64,000 bases of DNA from Candidatus Parcubacteria bacterium. GTDB taxonomy: Bacteria > Patescibacteriota > Minisyncoccia > Phycocordibacterales > Zambryskibacteraceae. This document shows, piece by piece, positions 45,331-55,376 of the stretch (positions are counted from its first letter, which is position 1; every line of letters begins with the position of its first letter). The translations under genes and the position numbers were made by a program. The DNA lies in assembly GCA_019661865.1 (NCBI GenBank), contig JAIFWJ010000001.1:43290-107289 (forward strand), read 5' to 3'. The notes beneath the pieces are model-generated. The model ran no database searches. It was given only the letters and a program-made list of their open reading frames with translations, and was not told the DNA's origin.

Positions 45331-48081
45331 ATGGCACTTGAAGAGCATTTTAATAGTCCTCAGGAAGAGTTAGCTCATCTAAGAGAGAAAGTTCTAGAAG
45401 CAGAACGCAAGCTTCTACGTCACGGAGTAGAAAAACCTCGTGACTCGGTCATCCGTGAATCCATAAAAACTTTTGAAGAAGCTCATCTCGGGAATATCAG
45501 AGAAGAGAAAAAAAGAAGTGCAGAGGAACAAGCAGCTCATCTCATGCGTAAGCATGTCGAGACGCAGCTCGAGGAGATGATGCAGATTACGGCAGATAAG
45601 GGAGTGCTCTCAGCACTTGCCACAGCTGAGTCCATGAAGGATTGGAAGCTTGAGGACGACTTCCACGACTTCTTAGTGGGCGTAGTAAGTAAGGGCTTGC
45701 CTCCAAGAGGGGTCAAGGAGAAAGGTCCCATATTCAAAGCACTTCATATGAGTCTCTACGAGGTAATGCTCCCGAAGAAAGAAGGCGAGCGCGACCGACC
45801 TCTAACTGAGCTCATAAAGAGCATGGAGCAAGTTTACTCAGGGCTCATGTCCATAGAGTCTCACGAGAGTAGTGAGGCAGGGCACATGGCTTTCGAGATA
45901 GCGAACCCTGAAGGCGAGGAAGATACGCACGTCTTCGTCTCTGTGCCGACAGACAAGAGAGACCTTTTCGAGAGACAAGTACTCTCGATATTTCCAGAAG
46001 TGAAGTTAATTCCACGTGAACGTGACTACAATATGTTTAATGAGATGGGTGTGACACTTGGTTCATCTGCTTCACTTACTCAGTATGGTTACTCACTTAA
46101 GACTAGTGATGCATTTAGTGATGATCCATTAAATGTCATACTCAACGGATTTTCTAAGATCCCTCTCAAAGGTGCCGGAGCAGCGCTCCAAATTATTTTC
46201 AAACCGGCCGGAGAGAAGTACATGAAGCATCTTTCTGAAGCTCTTAAAGATATAAGCAAGGGAGTGAAGCCTAAAGAAGCGTTGAAAATTAGTAGTGTCG
46301 CAGGTGAGTTTGGAGAGACTCTGGGCCAAGTACTTTTCGGTGTGAAGGAGAAGAAGCCTGAAGTGGTGGATCCGCTGGTAGTCCAGTCCATACAGAGGAA
46401 GATGGAAAGCCCAATCGTGGAAACAAATATCCGTTTAGCAGTCTCTTGTGGAGGCCAGGCAGAAGCGAGGCATGTGCTAGAGAACCTACAATCTTCTTTT
46501 AATCAGTTCGAAGAACCTGGAAAGAACAAATTTGAATGGAATGTGGTGAAGGTCCCGCATGAGAGCGACTTCTACAGAGCATTTACATTTAGACTCTTTA
46601 GAGATTCTGAGGTGGTACCACTTAACCTAAGAGAACTTTCGACCATCCTCCACCTACGTGGTGAAGCGCTCAACACATCATCTCTCAAACGTTCTACCAC
46701 CAAGTCTGCAGCACCACAGACCATCGCTCGGTCTGGCCTTTCGATAGGAGTTAATAATTTCCAAGGCAGAGAGACGAAGATATTCCTCTCGGACGAGGAC
46801 AGGCTCAGACACTTCTACGTTATCGGCCAGACGGGTACCGGTAAGTCTACACTTTTGAAGAACATGATCATAGAAGATATCCAAAGAGGAGAGGGAGTCT
46901 GCATGATAGATCCGCATGGTCAGGATCTCATGGATGTAATGTCGAACATCCCCAATGATAGATTCGACGACGTCATATACTTCGACCCTGCATCTACGGA
47001 CAAACCCATGGGACTGAATATGCTCGAGTATGATCACAACAAACCCGAGCAGAAGACCTTCGTAGTTAATGAACTCTTTTCCATTTTCCAGAAGCTCTAC
47101 GGCAAAGTGCCCGAGTCTATGGGTCCAATGTTCGAGCAATACTTCCGTAATGCCACGCAGCTTGTCATAGAAGATCCAGATACTGGTTCTACACTTCTCG
47201 ATGTCTCTAGAGTCCTTTCGAATAAAGAATACAGAAACCTTAAACTCTCTCGTTGTCAAAATCCTATAATCGTGCAGTTCTGGCGCGAGGTAGCAGAGAA
47301 GGCAGGCGGGGAAGCAGCACTTGCAAACATTGTGCCCTACATTACTTCCAAGTTTGATGTCTTCCTTTCAAACGATATTATGCGTCCGATCATTGCTCAA
47401 GAACACTCCACATTTAACTTCCGAGAAATCATGGATTCAAAGAAGATTTTACTCGTGAACTTGTCTAAGGGTAGACTCGGGGAAGTGAATGCGAACTTAC
47501 TTGGACTTATCATCGTGGGGAAGATCTTACTTGCCGCACTCTCGCGTGCATATTCATTTGGTTCTGAGATGCCGCCCTTTTATCTTTATATCGATGAATT
47601 CCAGAATATTACAACTAACTCCATCTCCACTATTCTTTCCGAAGCTCGGAAGTACAAGTTGGCACTGACTGTGGCGCATCAATTCATCGCACAACTTGAT
47701 CCAGATATTAAAAATGCCGTTTTCGGTAATGTGGGATCAATATGTGCATTTAGAGTTGGAGCAGATGATGCCAAGTATCTTGAGACTCAGTTCGCACCGG
47801 CTTTCACGGCTGATGATCTTATGAATATAGATAACAGGCACGCCCACATGAAGATACTAGTAAATGGCAGACCTACGTCATCCTTCGATATGGAAACTCT
47901 TCCTCCACCACAAGGTGTGAGAGACTCTGTGACAACTATTATGAATTTGTCCAAAGGTAAGTATGGACGTGACCGTAAGGATGTGGAGCATGAGATCCTA
48001 GAAAAATACCAGCCTGCGCTGGCAGGTAAAAAGAAGGAGCCGACAATGATGTCGGCCCCAGGGTTGGGCTCTCGCTCCTAG
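45331..48081 (+). CDS. VirB4/TraD(VirD4)/HerA-like P-loop ATPase
   Basis: DRLRHFYVIGQTGTGKST, IDPHG, Walker B LYIDEFQN, LSEARKY.L...AHQ. Confidence 0.88.
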   Translation: MALEEHFNSPQEELAHLREKVLEAERKLLRHGVEKPRDSVIRESIKTFEEAHLGNIREEKKRSAEEQAAHLMRKHVETQLEEMMQITADKGVLSALATAESMKDWKLEDDFHDFLVGVVSKGLPPRGVKEKGPIFKALHMSLYEVMLPKKEGERDRPLTELIKSMEQVYSGLMSIESHESSEAGHMAFEIANPEGEEDTHVFVSVPTDKRDLFERQVLSIFPEVKLIPRERDYNMFNEMGVTLGSSASLTQYGYSLKTSDAFSDDPLNVILNGFSKIPLKGAGAALQIIFKPAGEKYMKHLSEALKDISKGVKPKEALKISSVAGEFGETLGQVLFGVKEKKPEVVDPLVVQSIQRKMESPIVETNIRLAVSCGGQAEARHVLENLQSSFNQFEEPGKNKFEWNVVKVPHESDFYRAFTFRLFRDSEVVPLNLRELSTILHLRGEALNTSSLKRSTTKSAAPQTIARSGLSIGVNNFQGRETKIFLSDEDRLRHFYVIGQTGTGKSTLLKNMIIEDIQRGEGVCMIDPHGQDLMDVMSNIPNDRFDDVIYFDPASTDKPMGLNMLEYDHNKPEQKTFVVNELFSIFQKLYGKVPESMGPMFEQYFRNATQLVIEDPDTGSTLLDVSRVLSNKEYRNLKLSRCQNPIIVQFWREVAEKAGGEAALANIVPYITSKFDVFLSNDIMRPIIAQEHSTFNFREIMDSKKILLVNLSKGRLGEVNANLLGLIIVGKILLAALSRAYSFGSEMPPFYLYIDEFQNITTNSISTILSEARKYKLALTVAHQFIAQLDPDIKNAVFGNVGSICAFRVGADDAKYLETQFAPAFTADDLMNIDNRHAHMKILVNGRPTSSFDMETLPPPQGVRDSVTTIMNLSKGKYGRDRKDVEHEILEKYQPALAGKKKEPTMMSAPGLGSRS

Positions 48082-48404
48082 CGATCGCCGTTCGGAAGCT
48101 GCAGGTCACGGTAGCAGATCTCGGGCTTGGGCTCGTGGGGGTGCCATTTGCCTTTCCCGATGAGCTCATGAGTTGGCGCTCGTCCGAGCACATTGCGGAT
48201 ATTGCGCTCGACCAGATAGGTGAGAGCCTGTTCCTTTACCGCCTTCCTTCGCTTGCGGTCAATGATCCGCCATTCGGCGATGACAGCGTCGAGAACCTTG
48301 GTCGGTTCTTGACCGGGTTTTTTCTCCAAACGATTGTTGACTTGACTGGCAATCTCCTTCGCCAGAGCAGTGTCATCGAACGTTTGTCCGAGTTCGAGTT
48401 GCAT
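48078..48404 (-). CDS. Orphan hypothetical protein, SD-led
   Basis: GAGGTGA SD; TTGACA-N17-TAGTAT promoter at 48478-48450. Confidence 0.6.
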   Translation of the reverse strand: MQLELGQTFDDTALAKEIASQVNNRLEKKPGQEPTKVLDAVIAEWRIIDRKRRKAVKEQALTYLVERNIRNVLGRAPTHELIGKGKWHPHEPKPEICYRDLQLPNGDR

Positions 48405-48494
48405 ACTCACCTCTGTGAACCATGTTGAACTTGTACTTAGCCTATGCTAATACTATCACAACACAGGCACTTTGTCAAGTCAACTAGGAAACAA

Positions 48495-48950
48495 TTAGGA
48501 AAAGAGGCTATCTACAGCCCTTTTTACAAGCATGCCGTCCGCTCGTCCCTTCAGATCTTTCATTATGAGTCCAGTGAATTGTCCGGACTTAGCTTTATCA
48601 CTTAAACCTATCTCTGTCTGTTTGGCTTTTACAAATTCTAGAATTTCTTCATAAGACATCTGAGCTGGGAGAAAGGCCTCGAGTACTACAAGTTCCGCTC
48701 TCTCATTGTTTGCTAGGTCATTTCTTCCGCCTTTCTCGAACTGCTCTATGGAGTCCTTGCGCTGCTTCACTTGCCTCGAGATGACACTAAGTGCTTCCTC
48801 ATCTGTGAGTTCTCTATCTGGCTTCTTATCCTTAGCTACAAGCTCATTAGTAAATCCAGCTAAGAGCCCACGGAGTGTAGTAAGTCTGACAGCGTCCTTG
48901 GCTCTCATGGCACCCTTGATTTGCTCCCGTATATCTTGATGTATGCTCAT
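48495..48950 (-). CDS. GatB/YqeY domain protein
   Basis: AMRAKD..RL.TLR, KQRKDSIEQFEKGGR.DL, LKGRADG. Confidence 0.93.
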   Translation of the reverse strand: MSIHQDIREQIKGAMRAKDAVRLTTLRGLLAGFTNELVAKDKKPDRELTDEEALSVISRQVKQRKDSIEQFEKGGRNDLANNERAELVVLEAFLPAQMSYEEILEFVKAKQTEIGLSDKAKSGQFTGLIMKDLKGRADGMLVKRAVDSLFS

Positions 48951-49010
48951 GAATGTATTATAGCAAGCAAGCATCTAGGACCTAGCCCTGAGAGGCCTTA
49001 TAATATGCGC

Positions 49011-50093
49011 ATGCAGACGACCGTGGTCCTCATTATCTTGGGGTTTATTGCTATCCTTGGCATAAATGCAGTTGTCCTCTTCGCATTCGGTAGAAGAATT
49101 ACGGGAAGACTAGCCCCAGTAGATGACGGAGCGGGAAAACTCTTACTCCAACAGATTAACGAACTTTCTCGCACTATGGACTTGAGGTTATCAGACGCTA
49201 ACCGTCTCATGCACGACTCTGTCCGTAGCCAGTTCAGTGAGTCGGCTAAGCTTATAAAGGAAGTGACAGAAGGTCTTACTAAACTCGATGAGACCAATAG
49301 ACAAGTGGTCTCCTTCGCCGACCAGCTCCAGTCACTTGAAAATATTCTTAAGAACCCGAAGCAACGTGGCATACTCGGCGAGTACTACTTGGAGACTCTA
49401 CTTAAGAACTGTATGCCTCCAGGGAGTTACCAGATGCAATATGAACTCGGTACTGACGATGATGGCGCAAGACTTATCCCAGATGCTGTGGTCTTCATAA
49501 AGGAGAAAATAATCCCAGTCGATTCTAAATTCTCACTAGAAAATTATAATAGACTCGTAGATGAGAAGGAACCTTTAGAAAGAAGTAGGCTTGAGAAACT
49601 TTTTGTAAATGATTTGAAGAATAGGATTGTAGAAACTTCTAAATACATCCAGCCCTCGAAGAACACTATGGACTTCGCCTTCATGTTTATCCCGCACGAG
49701 GCTATCTACTACGACCTTATCGTTAATAAAATTGGTGCCGTGACTGAAGACACTGAAAGTCTCATTCAACGCGCTGCCAATAAATACAAAGTTATCATCG
49801 TCTCACCCACATCCTTCCTGGCATACCTTCAGACTGTGTTACAGGGACTTAAAGCCATGCAGATTGAGGAGAAAGCTCAAGATATTGTGAAGAGAGTAGG
49901 GGAGCTTGGTAAGCACTTGAAGGGCTACGAGGACTACTATATGAAGCTTGGTAACACACTCTCCACAGCCGTAAACCACTATAACAGCGCAGGTAAGGAG
50001 CTCGGTAAGGTGGACAAGGATGTTTTGCGCATCACAGGTACCTCGGCTGGCATAGAAGTTCTAGCAGTAGAGCGCCCAGCCCTAGAGGTATAG
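49011..50093 (+). CDS. rmuC: DNA recombination protein RmuC
   Basis: N-terminal TM, NPKQRGILGE, PVDSKFS, TMDFAFMFIPHEA, VSPTS. Confidence 0.92.
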   Translation: MQTTVVLIILGFIAILGINAVVLFAFGRRITGRLAPVDDGAGKLLLQQINELSRTMDLRLSDANRLMHDSVRSQFSESAKLIKEVTEGLTKLDETNRQVVSFADQLQSLENILKNPKQRGILGEYYLETLLKNCMPPGSYQMQYELGTDDDGARLIPDAVVFIKEKIIPVDSKFSLENYNRLVDEKEPLERSRLEKLFVNDLKNRIVETSKYIQPSKNTMDFAFMFIPHEAIYYDLIVNKIGAVTEDTESLIQRAANKYKVIIVSPTSFLAYLQTVLQGLKAMQIEEKAQDIVKRVGELGKHLKGYEDYYMKLGNTLSTAVNHYNSAGKELGKVDKDVLRITGTSAGIEVLAVERPALEV

Positions 50094-50141
50094 GGAAGCA
50101 TAAGTTGCCTTTTGGCTTAAAATATGTAGAATGGTGAACCT

Positions 50142-50552
50142 ATGGCAGAAGTTAGAACTCACAAGGTAGAGGCCACCAAGGCTGAACCTAAGGAACTAAA
50201 GACAGAGCTTAAGCAGAAGAAAGCCCACAAGGCAGACGTTTTCGCAGTCTTTACTACTGGTGGCAAGCAGTACCTGGTCCGTCCTGGAGTTACACTCAAG
50301 ATTGAGAAGATCCTTGGAGAGCATAAAGAGGGGGACACTATCGAGTTCGACCAGGTTCTCGTCTCGGGTGAGGGAGACAAGCTCACATTCGGAGTGCCGT
50401 TCATTTCTGGTGGAGCAATCTCTGCAACACTTACTAAGATCGGTCGCCACAAGACTATTGATGTTATTAAATATAAGCAGAAGTCCAGATACTTTAAGAA
50501 AAACGGACACCGACAGCCATACTTCGAAGTCAGAATTGATTCAATAAAATAA
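50142..50552 (+). CDS. rplU: 50S ribosomal protein L21 with N-terminal extension
   Basis: FAVFTTGGKQYLV, GHRQPY. Confidence 0.95.
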   Translation: MAEVRTHKVEATKAEPKELKTELKQKKAHKADVFAVFTTGGKQYLVRPGVTLKIEKILGEHKEGDTIEFDQVLVSGEGDKLTFGVPFISGGAISATLTKIGRHKTIDVIKYKQKSRYFKKNGHRQPYFEVRIDSIK

Positions 50553-50554
50553 GT

Positions 50555-50589
50555 AAAATAACACCCTCCTCCGGAAGGTGTTATTTTTT
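50555..50589. terminator. Bidirectional terminator between rplU and the convergent orphan
   Basis: aaaataacacc...ggtgttatttt. Confidence 0.65.
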
Positions 50590-50958
50590 AGAGTTGTACC
50601 TGCCATTTCCTGCAAGCGAACGTAGGGCAACTAGTCTAGCACATGAGATTTGAAGGGCTGCCTCGAACCGTGTGAGAAAAGTATCCTCGCGCGTATCCTT
50701 GGTGTTACTTATGTACCAGTGGCCTTTTTTGTCCTTGTCCTCCTTATCCAGAGCTTGAATGTTGGAGAAGTACTCTGCTTGCGACCTGACATGGTCATTC
50801 TTGATCGAGTCAGCGATGTCATTAAAGGAGATCATCAGAGATATGTTACCCTGCTCCTTTAACTTCTTGCGAAGCATCGTAATTTCCTCGAAGCATTCGC
50901 GCCAGCCATTCTCGACCTCCAGTTCTCGTTCCTCGCGGGAACGACTTCTATCAAACAT
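50581..50958 (-). CDS. Orphan helical hypothetical protein, SD-led
   Basis: GGAGGG 4 nt before ATG 50958. Confidence 0.6.
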   Translation of the reverse strand: MFDRSRSREERELEVENGWRECFEEITMLRKKLKEQGNISLMISFNDIADSIKNDHVRSQAEYFSNIQALDKEDKDKKGHWYISNTKDTREDTFLTRFEAALQISCARLVALRSLAGNGRYNSKK

Positions 50959-51039
50959 CGTTCCCTCCAGGTTGAGTGGTATTGTCTGACATAAACGATA
51001 CAGGCACTCCAAATTAGTGCAAGCGCAAATTTGCACGTG

Positions 51040-51654
51040 TCAAGTCGTTCTGTGGATAAGTGCGTTCTTTAATGTCTCAGGATCAGCATATTCGAGCTCA
51101 GAGCCGGTGGAAAGTCCTCGACCAAGTTCTGAGACAGTGAGGTTCAGGTCCTTAAGCTCTGCGCGGAGATACTCAGTAGTATTCTCGCCTTCGGCATTGG
51201 CATTCATGGCTAAAATAATTTCAGATAGGTTGGACTTGCGTCGATCTAGAAGCTTTTTTAATTCATTGATTCGAATGCGACTTCCGGGATCTTTTTCTAA
51301 AATTGGGAGTGATCCGCCGAGAACGAAATAATATCCTTTATAACTTCTACTTTTCTCTAGAGCTTCGAAGTCTACATCTCTAGGGACGATCATGAGAAGA
51401 GATTTATCTCGTGATGTATCTGCACATGTTGGACAAACCGAGTTCCGAGCATGCGAGGAACCATAGGTAGCAAAGAACCGCATGCACTCAGTGCATTGAT
51501 GGATTTCCTTCTTAAGACTCTGTATTGCCTGGATAAGAGTCTCTGTAGAACCATGGTTACGGGAGAGTAAGTAGTATACAAATCTCTTGGCCTGTCGGGG
51601 GCCAATACCAGGGAAGTGCGAGAATATCTCAGCTAGTTTATCAATACTATTCAC
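51040..51654 (-). CDS. recR: Recombination mediator RecR
   Basis: FPGIGPRQAKR, C4 zinc finger, TOPRIM NAEGENT, LEYADPETL. Confidence 0.95.
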   Translation of the reverse strand: MNSIDKLAEIFSHFPGIGPRQAKRFVYYLLSRNHGSTETLIQAIQSLKKEIHQCTECMRFFATYGSSHARNSVCPTCADTSRDKSLLMIVPRDVDFEALEKSRSYKGYYFVLGGSLPILEKDPGSRIRINELKKLLDRRKSNLSEIILAMNANAEGENTTEYLRAELKDLNLTVSELGRGLSTGSELEYADPETLKNALIHRTT

Positions 51655-51656
51655 AA

Positions 51657-53072
51657 CTATATACTAGCAAATTGCTCTTCAGCAGCTCCATAGTTCGAGT
51701 AGTCGATCTCAACGAAAGTATTATGTCTAGTGTGGTAGTCGAGGGTGACTTCGCCGAGGGGACCGTTTCTATGCTTGGCTATGATAAGTTGCTTTCTCTG
51801 AATCTCCTTAATCTTCCCGGACTCGTCTCGGATATCCTCTTGGTCCGCGTGTATAAACATCACCAAGTCCGCATCTTGTTCGATGGAACCTGAGTCTCGT
51901 AGGTCAGAGAGCTTGGGTTTACCTCCGCGTGTTTCAATCGCTCTTGAGAGCTGGGAGAGAGCGACAATGGGGATATTTAGCTCACGAGCGAGGTGCTTAA
52001 GCGAGCGAGAGATCTCGGTCACTTGCTGGACCATGGAGTCTGTGGCCCGAGCAGTGGAGGGGGCCATGAGTTGGAGATAGTCGACGATGAGGAGTTTCAG
52101 TCCCTTCTCGATCTTTAATTTCCTAGCTGCAGAACGCATGCGCAGTATTGTGTTACCGGGTTGGTCATCTATGAATATGGGTGTGCGAGAGAGGTCGTCT
52201 AGTGCATCTCGGATATTCTTAAACACATCATCACGCCATGAACCGTGTTGGGTCCTTACACCTTTACGTATAACAGATGCATCTACACGGGACTGAGCTG
52301 ATACTATACGGTCGACAAGCTGGTCAGAGGACATTTCGAGTGAGAATATGCCTACCGGAGTCTTGTATTGACCAGCAGTCTTCCTGGCCACATCGAGAGC
52401 GAAAGCCGTCTTACCCACAGAAGGCCTAGCAGCGAGGATGACAAGGTCGGATCTCTGGAAACCTCCCAATATGTCATCTAGAGACTTAAAGCCCGTCGGC
52501 ACTCCTCGGAGTTCGTGCTCAAGAGAAGAAAGTTTCTCGAATCTCTCGTATGCTTCAGCTAGAAGAGGTCTAAGATCTTGGAAGTTCTCCGTGGTGGAGA
52601 AGTGTTGAGTGATGTCGAAGACCTTCTTCTCAGCTTGGTCGAGGATTTCTTCTAGCTCTCCGGCTTCATTGAATCCTAAATGAGAAATAAATTCTGATGC
52701 CTCGATGAGCTCTCGCATCATGTACTTCTTGCGTACAATGTCCGCATAGTGCTTGATATTAGCTGACGATGGTACGACAGAAGTGAGTTCTGTGAGAAAT
52801 GTGGTGCCTCCGACACGGTCCAGAACCTCTTTCTCCTTTAGTCTCGAGGAGAGGGAGAGAAGGTCTATAGGCTGCCTCTTGGCGAAGAGTTCAAGCATAG
52901 TCTCGAAGATGATCCTGTGCTTGTCCAGGTAAAAGGAAATAGGAGTTATGACATCGATGATCTCGTATATGGCATCCGGACGGAGCATAATGGAGCCGAG
53001 GAGTGCCATCTCAGCATCAATGTTGTGAGGAGGGATACGGATTTTCAAGCTTGCTAGAGGAGATTCTTGCAT
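51657..53072 (-). CDS. dnaB: Replicative DNA helicase
   Basis: PPHNIDAEMALLG, AARPSVGKT, FSLEMS, VDYLQL, DLRDSGSIEQDAD, KHRNGP; start moved to 53072. Confidence 0.97.
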   Translation of the reverse strand: MQESPLASLKIRIPPHNIDAEMALLGSIMLRPDAIYEIIDVITPISFYLDKHRIIFETMLELFAKRQPIDLLSLSSRLKEKEVLDRVGGTTFLTELTSVVPSSANIKHYADIVRKKYMMRELIEASEFISHLGFNEAGELEEILDQAEKKVFDITQHFSTTENFQDLRPLLAEAYERFEKLSSLEHELRGVPTGFKSLDDILGGFQRSDLVILAARPSVGKTAFALDVARKTAGQYKTPVGIFSLEMSSDQLVDRIVSAQSRVDASVIRKGVRTQHGSWRDDVFKNIRDALDDLSRTPIFIDDQPGNTILRMRSAARKLKIEKGLKLLIVDYLQLMAPSTARATDSMVQQVTEISRSLKHLARELNIPIVALSQLSRAIETRGGKPKLSDLRDSGSIEQDADLVMFIHADQEDIRDESGKIKEIQRKQLIIAKHRNGPLGEVTLDYHTRHNTFVEIDYSNYGAAEEQFASI

Positions 53073-53198
53073 GTCCTTATGATACAAATTCTCTAAGAGA
53101 AGTGGCAATGAGAAATTGTTTATGAAAGGTGCATATGTTGTGAATTGTGAGATAATTCGTATAGACATGAATTCAAGATTATTGCCTAACCAGAAATT

Positions 53199-53462
53199 AT
53201 GAAAAATGCAGATGAGGCACTCCTCAAAACATGTAAGTTAAATATCGCAGAAGATGGCTGGCTTCCAGATGGGGCCCGCTCTGAGATGGTTTATGGATTT
53301 ATAGAAGACAATCGGGAACTTAAGATGATCGTGGAGCATCCAATAAACCAAATGCCCAAAGCTATACGAGTGGAGGTGGCCGGGGAAGTTATAAACACAG
53401 AAGAAAAACAATTTTATCTAGACCGGTATTACCCCGTGGCCTTGAAGCAAAAGGAAGGATAG
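53199..53462 (+). CDS. Hypothetical protein
   Basis: 87-aa ORF filling the dnaB-cysS gap. Confidence 0.55.
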   Translation: MKNADEALLKTCKLNIAEDGWLPDGARSEMVYGFIEDNRELKMIVEHPINQMPKAIRVEVAGEVINTEEKQFYLDRYYPVALKQKEG

Positions 53463-53499
53463 ATGTATTATGGAAATATTAAAATTATAAATTTGCACG

Positions 53500-53982
53500 A
53501 TGGAAAAATTTCAAAACGTGCCAGACATGAATGAATTACCGCTCTCCAATAGGGAAGCAGTAGCCTCACATTACAGAGAAGCTGAATTGAATAACTTGAC
53601 CGATGGGGAGAAGGAAATTCTAAAAAATTCTAATCTCAAATTTGAGATGGGTGAGAAGAAGTATTCTGAAGACGGTTTGGTTTCTGACACTCTCATTGTA
53701 AGCGGAGAAGTAGAGGGCCATAAAATTTTGATAACAAGAGAAACTGCTCCACAACGGGAAAGTGCCACTCACTATCATAGAATGGCGGAGATTGATGGAG
53801 AGCGTAAATATGTGCCCGAGACTTGGCAAGGGCCAGCTGATTCGGTCAATGATAAATATTCTGGAGAAATGGATGGAGACCCTTTAAGTGAGGCAGAAGC
53901 AGAAGAACTTTGGAAGCGTTATAACCGTGTGGCTGCGGCGACCACCCAAGACCAGAAGCTGGCTGATTTTTCTAAAGAATAG
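53500..53982 (+). CDS. Acidic hypothetical protein
   Basis: 160-aa ORF with AT-rich leader, no SD. Confidence 0.65.
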   Translation: MEKFQNVPDMNELPLSNREAVASHYREAELNNLTDGEKEILKNSNLKFEMGEKKYSEDGLVSDTLIVSGEVEGHKILITRETAPQRESATHYHRMAEIDGERKYVPETWQGPADSVNDKYSGEMDGDPLSEAEAEELWKRYNRVAAATTQDQKLADFSKE

Positions 53983-53984
53983 AC

Positions 53985-55376
53985 CTAAATCCTGGAGATC
54001 TCTTGGCCCTTATGGGTATCGTTGACTTCAAATCCTAAGCGTCTTATCTTGTCGCGGATCTCATCTGATTTCTTGAAGTCTTTACTCCGGCGAGCTTCGG
54101 CGCGTTCATCGAGGAGAATCATTACTTCTTTAGGGATTTCTTTAACCTCTGGCACATATTCATTAAGCTTAAGTCCTAGAACTCTGTCGAAGTCTAAAAG
54201 TGTAGCTCGTGTATCAGCATAAGAAATGTCATCACCTGCTGAACGAGACATTTTCCACACTACCGCCAGTGCTTCTGGAGTATTTAAATCATTCTCAATT
54301 GCTTCCGTAAACATTTGTTTGTACTTCTCACTAACTTTCCCCGGATCACTTGGAGCTTGTTGATTCAAAAGCCGCATTATAAGCATAAGTCTCTTATATG
54401 CATTCTCTGCTGCTTCGAGCGACTCCCAAGTGAAGCTTGTCGGGGTTCTGTAATGAGACTGAAGTAAGAAGTAACGGTATGCTAAGGGAGAAATGTTTTT
54501 ATCTATAAGAGTGCTTAAGGTTATGAAGTTATCTTCTGACTTCGCCATCTTCTCGCTAGAGACCGTGATGAATTCATTATGAAGCCAGTAATGTGCTAAA
54601 GGTTTATCGAACGCAGCTTCGGACTGAGCAATCTCGTTATTATGATGCACAGGGATATGGTCAATGCCTCCTGTATGGATGTCGAAGGGCTGTCCAAGAA
54701 GTGTGCGAGACATGGCAGAGCACTCAATGTGCCAGCCCGGGAAACCCTTTCCCCAAGGACTTTCGAATCCTAACCTGTCGTCATGAGACAATTTCCAAAG
54801 TACGAAATCTCTTGAGCTTCTCTTACCCTCTATTCCTACGCGTGCCTGGCTTTCGTCTAGAGGTGTGAGACCTCCAAGCTTGCCGTAGTCCTTGAGTCTT
54901 AGAGTATCAAAGTAAATGCCGTCAGAAAGTTTATATCCGAAACCCTTTTCCTCTAAAATTTTTACCAATTCGATTTCGTCTTTTAGATATTCTGTGGCTC
55001 GGGGGAAGTGGTGAGGAGTTTCTATATTTAAGTGCTTGAGATCTTCCTTGAATGCAGCTTCGAATTTATCTGCAAGCTGCTTTAGTCCATCAAGTGTGAG
55101 CGGAAGATTCTCTCGTTTCAAACCTTTAACCATTTTGTCATCTCCTGAGTCTGCGTCAGATGTAAGATGACCAATGTCTGTGATGTTTATAACCTGCTTC
55201 ACCTCGAGGCCTGAATACTCGAGAGTTCTACGCAGAACATCCGCGAAGACGTATGAACGGAGGTTTCCAATGTGGGCGTAGTTGTAAACCGTGGGTCCAC
55301 AGTGGTAGAGCTGAACTACTTTATCCAACGGTACGAAATCTTCTATTTTCCGCGTAAGGGTATTGTGGAATCTCAT
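53985..55376 (-). CDS. cysS: Cysteine--tRNA ligase
   Basis: [36 protein letters not shown]. Confidence 0.97.
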   Translation of the reverse strand: MRFHNTLTRKIEDFVPLDKVVQLYHCGPTVYNYAHIGNLRSYVFADVLRRTLEYSGLEVKQVINITDIGHLTSDADSGDDKMVKGLKRENLPLTLDGLKQLADKFEAAFKEDLKHLNIETPHHFPRATEYLKDEIELVKILEEKGFGYKLSDGIYFDTLRLKDYGKLGGLTPLDESQARVGIEGKRSSRDFVLWKLSHDDRLGFESPWGKGFPGWHIECSAMSRTLLGQPFDIHTGGIDHIPVHHNNEIAQSEAAFDKPLAHYWLHNEFITVSSEKMAKSEDNFITLSTLIDKNISPLAYRYFLLQSHYRTPTSFTWESLEAAENAYKRLMLIMRLLNQQAPSDPGKVSEKYKQMFTEAIENDLNTPEALAVVWKMSRSAGDDISYADTRATLLDFDRVLGLKLNEYVPEVKEIPKEVMILLDERAEARRSKDFKKSDEIRDKIRRLGFEVNDTHKGQEISRI

